The position numbers and the translations under genes are program-made. A model generated the notes under the pieces. It searched no databases. It was not told the DNA's origin and was given only the letters and a program-made list of their open reading frames with translations. A stretch of 63,910 bases of DNA, counting the filler, from Lama guanicoe (taxonomy: Eukaryota): assembly GCA_013239625.1 (NCBI GenBank). It is 80 parts of 78 records of this genome, joined end to end, with 100 filler letters (N's around TTAATTAATTAA, not from the genome) between each part and the next. Parts side by side here need not be neighbours in the genome. Positions count along the whole stretch, not along the records: positions 62,159 to 63,007 come from MU056134.1; positions 63,108 to 63,910 come from MU056137.1; 78 more parts are not named here. The stretch is one strand, 5' to 3'. Positions 62,059 to 63,910 of this stretch are shown here, piece after piece (the first letter of the stretch is position 1; every line of letters starts with the position of its first letter).

Positions 62059-63107
62059 NNNNNNNNNNNNNNNNNNNNNNNNNNNNNNNNNNNNNNNNNN
62101 NNTTAATTAATTAANNNNNNNNNNNNNNNNNNNNNNNNNNNNNNNNNNNNNNNNNNNNAGAAACCTCCATTCCTCCCATGCCTCTCTGTCTTTCCCCAGA
62201 AGCAGCCAGCCGGACTCCAGCAGACTCAGCTTAATAACCCCACTGTCCCTCCCAGAGCCTGGAGGGGGACAGGGAGCCCCACAGTCCAAACTGCTCCTTG
62301 TTTCTTTTTGAATAGACCAGGAGCAGCCAGTCAGGACCCAGAGCCTCAGCCCTGCCCCTGCACTGCTTCATTTCAGATAGGGCCCCGCTGGTGGTGCTGA
62401 AGGGGCCTGGGTGGGGCAGGGTGGGGAGTAGAAAGTGGTGTCTGCAGGGCCCAGGCCCCCATCTCAGGGCCCAGCGCTCTCAGCTGGGAGACGTGGGAGG
62501 GGTCTACATTAACCCACCTTGTCTGGGAGAAAACTACTGGGTCTGATATTCTTGGGGAGAGGTGGACGCGGGGAGGGTTTCCAGCCTGTGCCTCAGTTTA
62601 TCTTTTGGATAGCTGACGAAATGGGGTTTCCCTAAGCTTCAACTTTGAGAAGATGGGGGCGTAGTTCCTTTATTCATCCAGGAAGTAGGTCCACACACTC
62701 ATTTTGCATCATTAATGTGTCAGGCACCTTGCTAGGTGCTTGAGGGATACAGAAGCCTGAAACCCAGGCTGAGGGGCCTGGGAGCGTCCGAGTCTGGGGG
62801 TGAGTAAGCACTGCAGTCCTGGGACTATGCAGAGAAAGGCAGCAGCCCGGGACCCATGAGAGCCTCCTCCGCCCCAAGTCAAAGCAGTGCATGTGTCCAT
62901 GAAGGAATGAGCCGCCAGCTTGGTGGCGCTGTTATCCCTTCTCCAACTCGGATGGGAAGGCCTGGAGGGTGGACGCTGCTAAGAAGGGCTGCCAGTGCCT
63001 GGCCTGCNNNNNNNNNNNNNNNNNNNNNNNNNNNNNNNNNNNNNNNNNNNNTTAATTAATTAANNNNNNNNNNNNNNNNNNNNNNNNNNNNNNNNNNNNN
63101 NNNNNNN

Positions 63108-63910
63108 AAGCGCCGACCAGGGCGGAGCGCGACCAGGGCGGAGCGCCGGCCAGGGCAGAGCGACGGCGCAGAGCGCGCAGCCGCACATAGCAGCGGAGCT
63201 ACCGGCGGCGCAGGCAGGGGGAGAGCAGCCCCTCCGCCTGTCGAGCAGGAACACAAACCCTGACCGAGCTGCTGGGAGGAGGCACGACCCGCCCTCCTGC
63301 CTGGCCAGTCTGCAACATCTGACTGCGGCATCCGGAGGGGCAGTGACCCGCCCGCCCGCAGCANNNNNNNNNNNNNNNNNNNNNNNNNNNNNNNNNNNNN
63401 NNNNNNNNNNNNNNNNNNNNNNNNNNNNNNNNNNNNNNNNNNNNNNNNNNNNNNNNNNNNNNNNNNNNNNNNNNNNNNNNNNNNNNNNNNNNNNNNNNNN
63501 NNNNNNNNNNNNNNNNNNNNNNNNNNNNNNNNNNNNNNNNNNNNNNNNNNNNNNNNNNNNNNNNNNNNNNNNNNNNNNNNNNNNNNNNNNNNNNNNNNNN
63601 NNNNNNNNAATTTTTACTTCTTAATTCATTTCTATTTCTCTTGGGTTTTGATGTCCTGTTATTGATTAGACACAGGCTTCAAACACATATATTGATCTCC
63701 CCACCCCCCCTTTTTTTTAAAGGTTTTAAAAGGACGTCTCCACCCGATTAATACTCTGCTTCAACCCGCTCTTCTATTATTCATTATACATTGTTTTCAA
63801 ACCCTCTTTCTCCCTTCTTTTAAAAATCTTTCTCTCTGTCTCTTCTTTTTTTCTTTTTTTCTTTTTTTCCCCTAAGTTGTATTCCTAAATAGGCATTAGA
63901 TAGATAAAAT
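63108..63910 (+). mobile_element. Young lineage-specific L1 5'UTR, same family as 7237-8001
   Basis: Near-identical blocks shared with 7345-7530 and 7807-8000; starts with 16-17 bp GC-rich tandem repeats. Confidence 0.65.

Noticed and set aside
810..63063. Regularly recurring TTAATTAATTAA as a CRISPR-like repeat or biological motif
   Set aside because: Always embedded in fixed 44-N flanks, with intervening pieces of 0.13-1.1 kb and no cas genes; it is an assembly linker.

Overview
This window is not a contiguous locus. It is an artificial concatenation of 80 short (about 0.13-1.1 kb) unplaced mammalian scaffolds joined by 79 identical 100-bp linkers (N44-TTAATTAATTAA-N44, a palindrome with stop codons in all six frames). 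Neighbouring fragments are therefore unlinked, and most ORF-track entries are artefacts of N runs or of satellite DNA. The tRNA-Ala-derived SINEs (Vic-1-like) point to a camelid (alpaca, llama or camel). Repeats dominate: a heptamer-based (RTTCTRH)n satellite with an about 188-189 bp higher-order period (10 fragments), a 267-bp GC-rich satellite (4 fragments, two subfamilies), an about 248-bp satellite (3 fragments), many L1 pieces, and MER21, MLT1 and MER2 relics. Gene-related sequence comprises an SLC48A1 (HRG1 heme transporter) pseudogene fragment, a MAGE-type 5' promoter/non-coding-exon repeat, an NRF1-site CpG promoter and two candidate orphan exons. The least explained signal is a degenerate GC-rich 155-193 bp tandem repeat found in two unlinked scaffolds that keeps a recurring peptide-like motif. 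No intact protein-coding gene, rRNA, true tRNA or CRISPR array is supported. Repeat and gene family names are assigned by recognition, not by database search.
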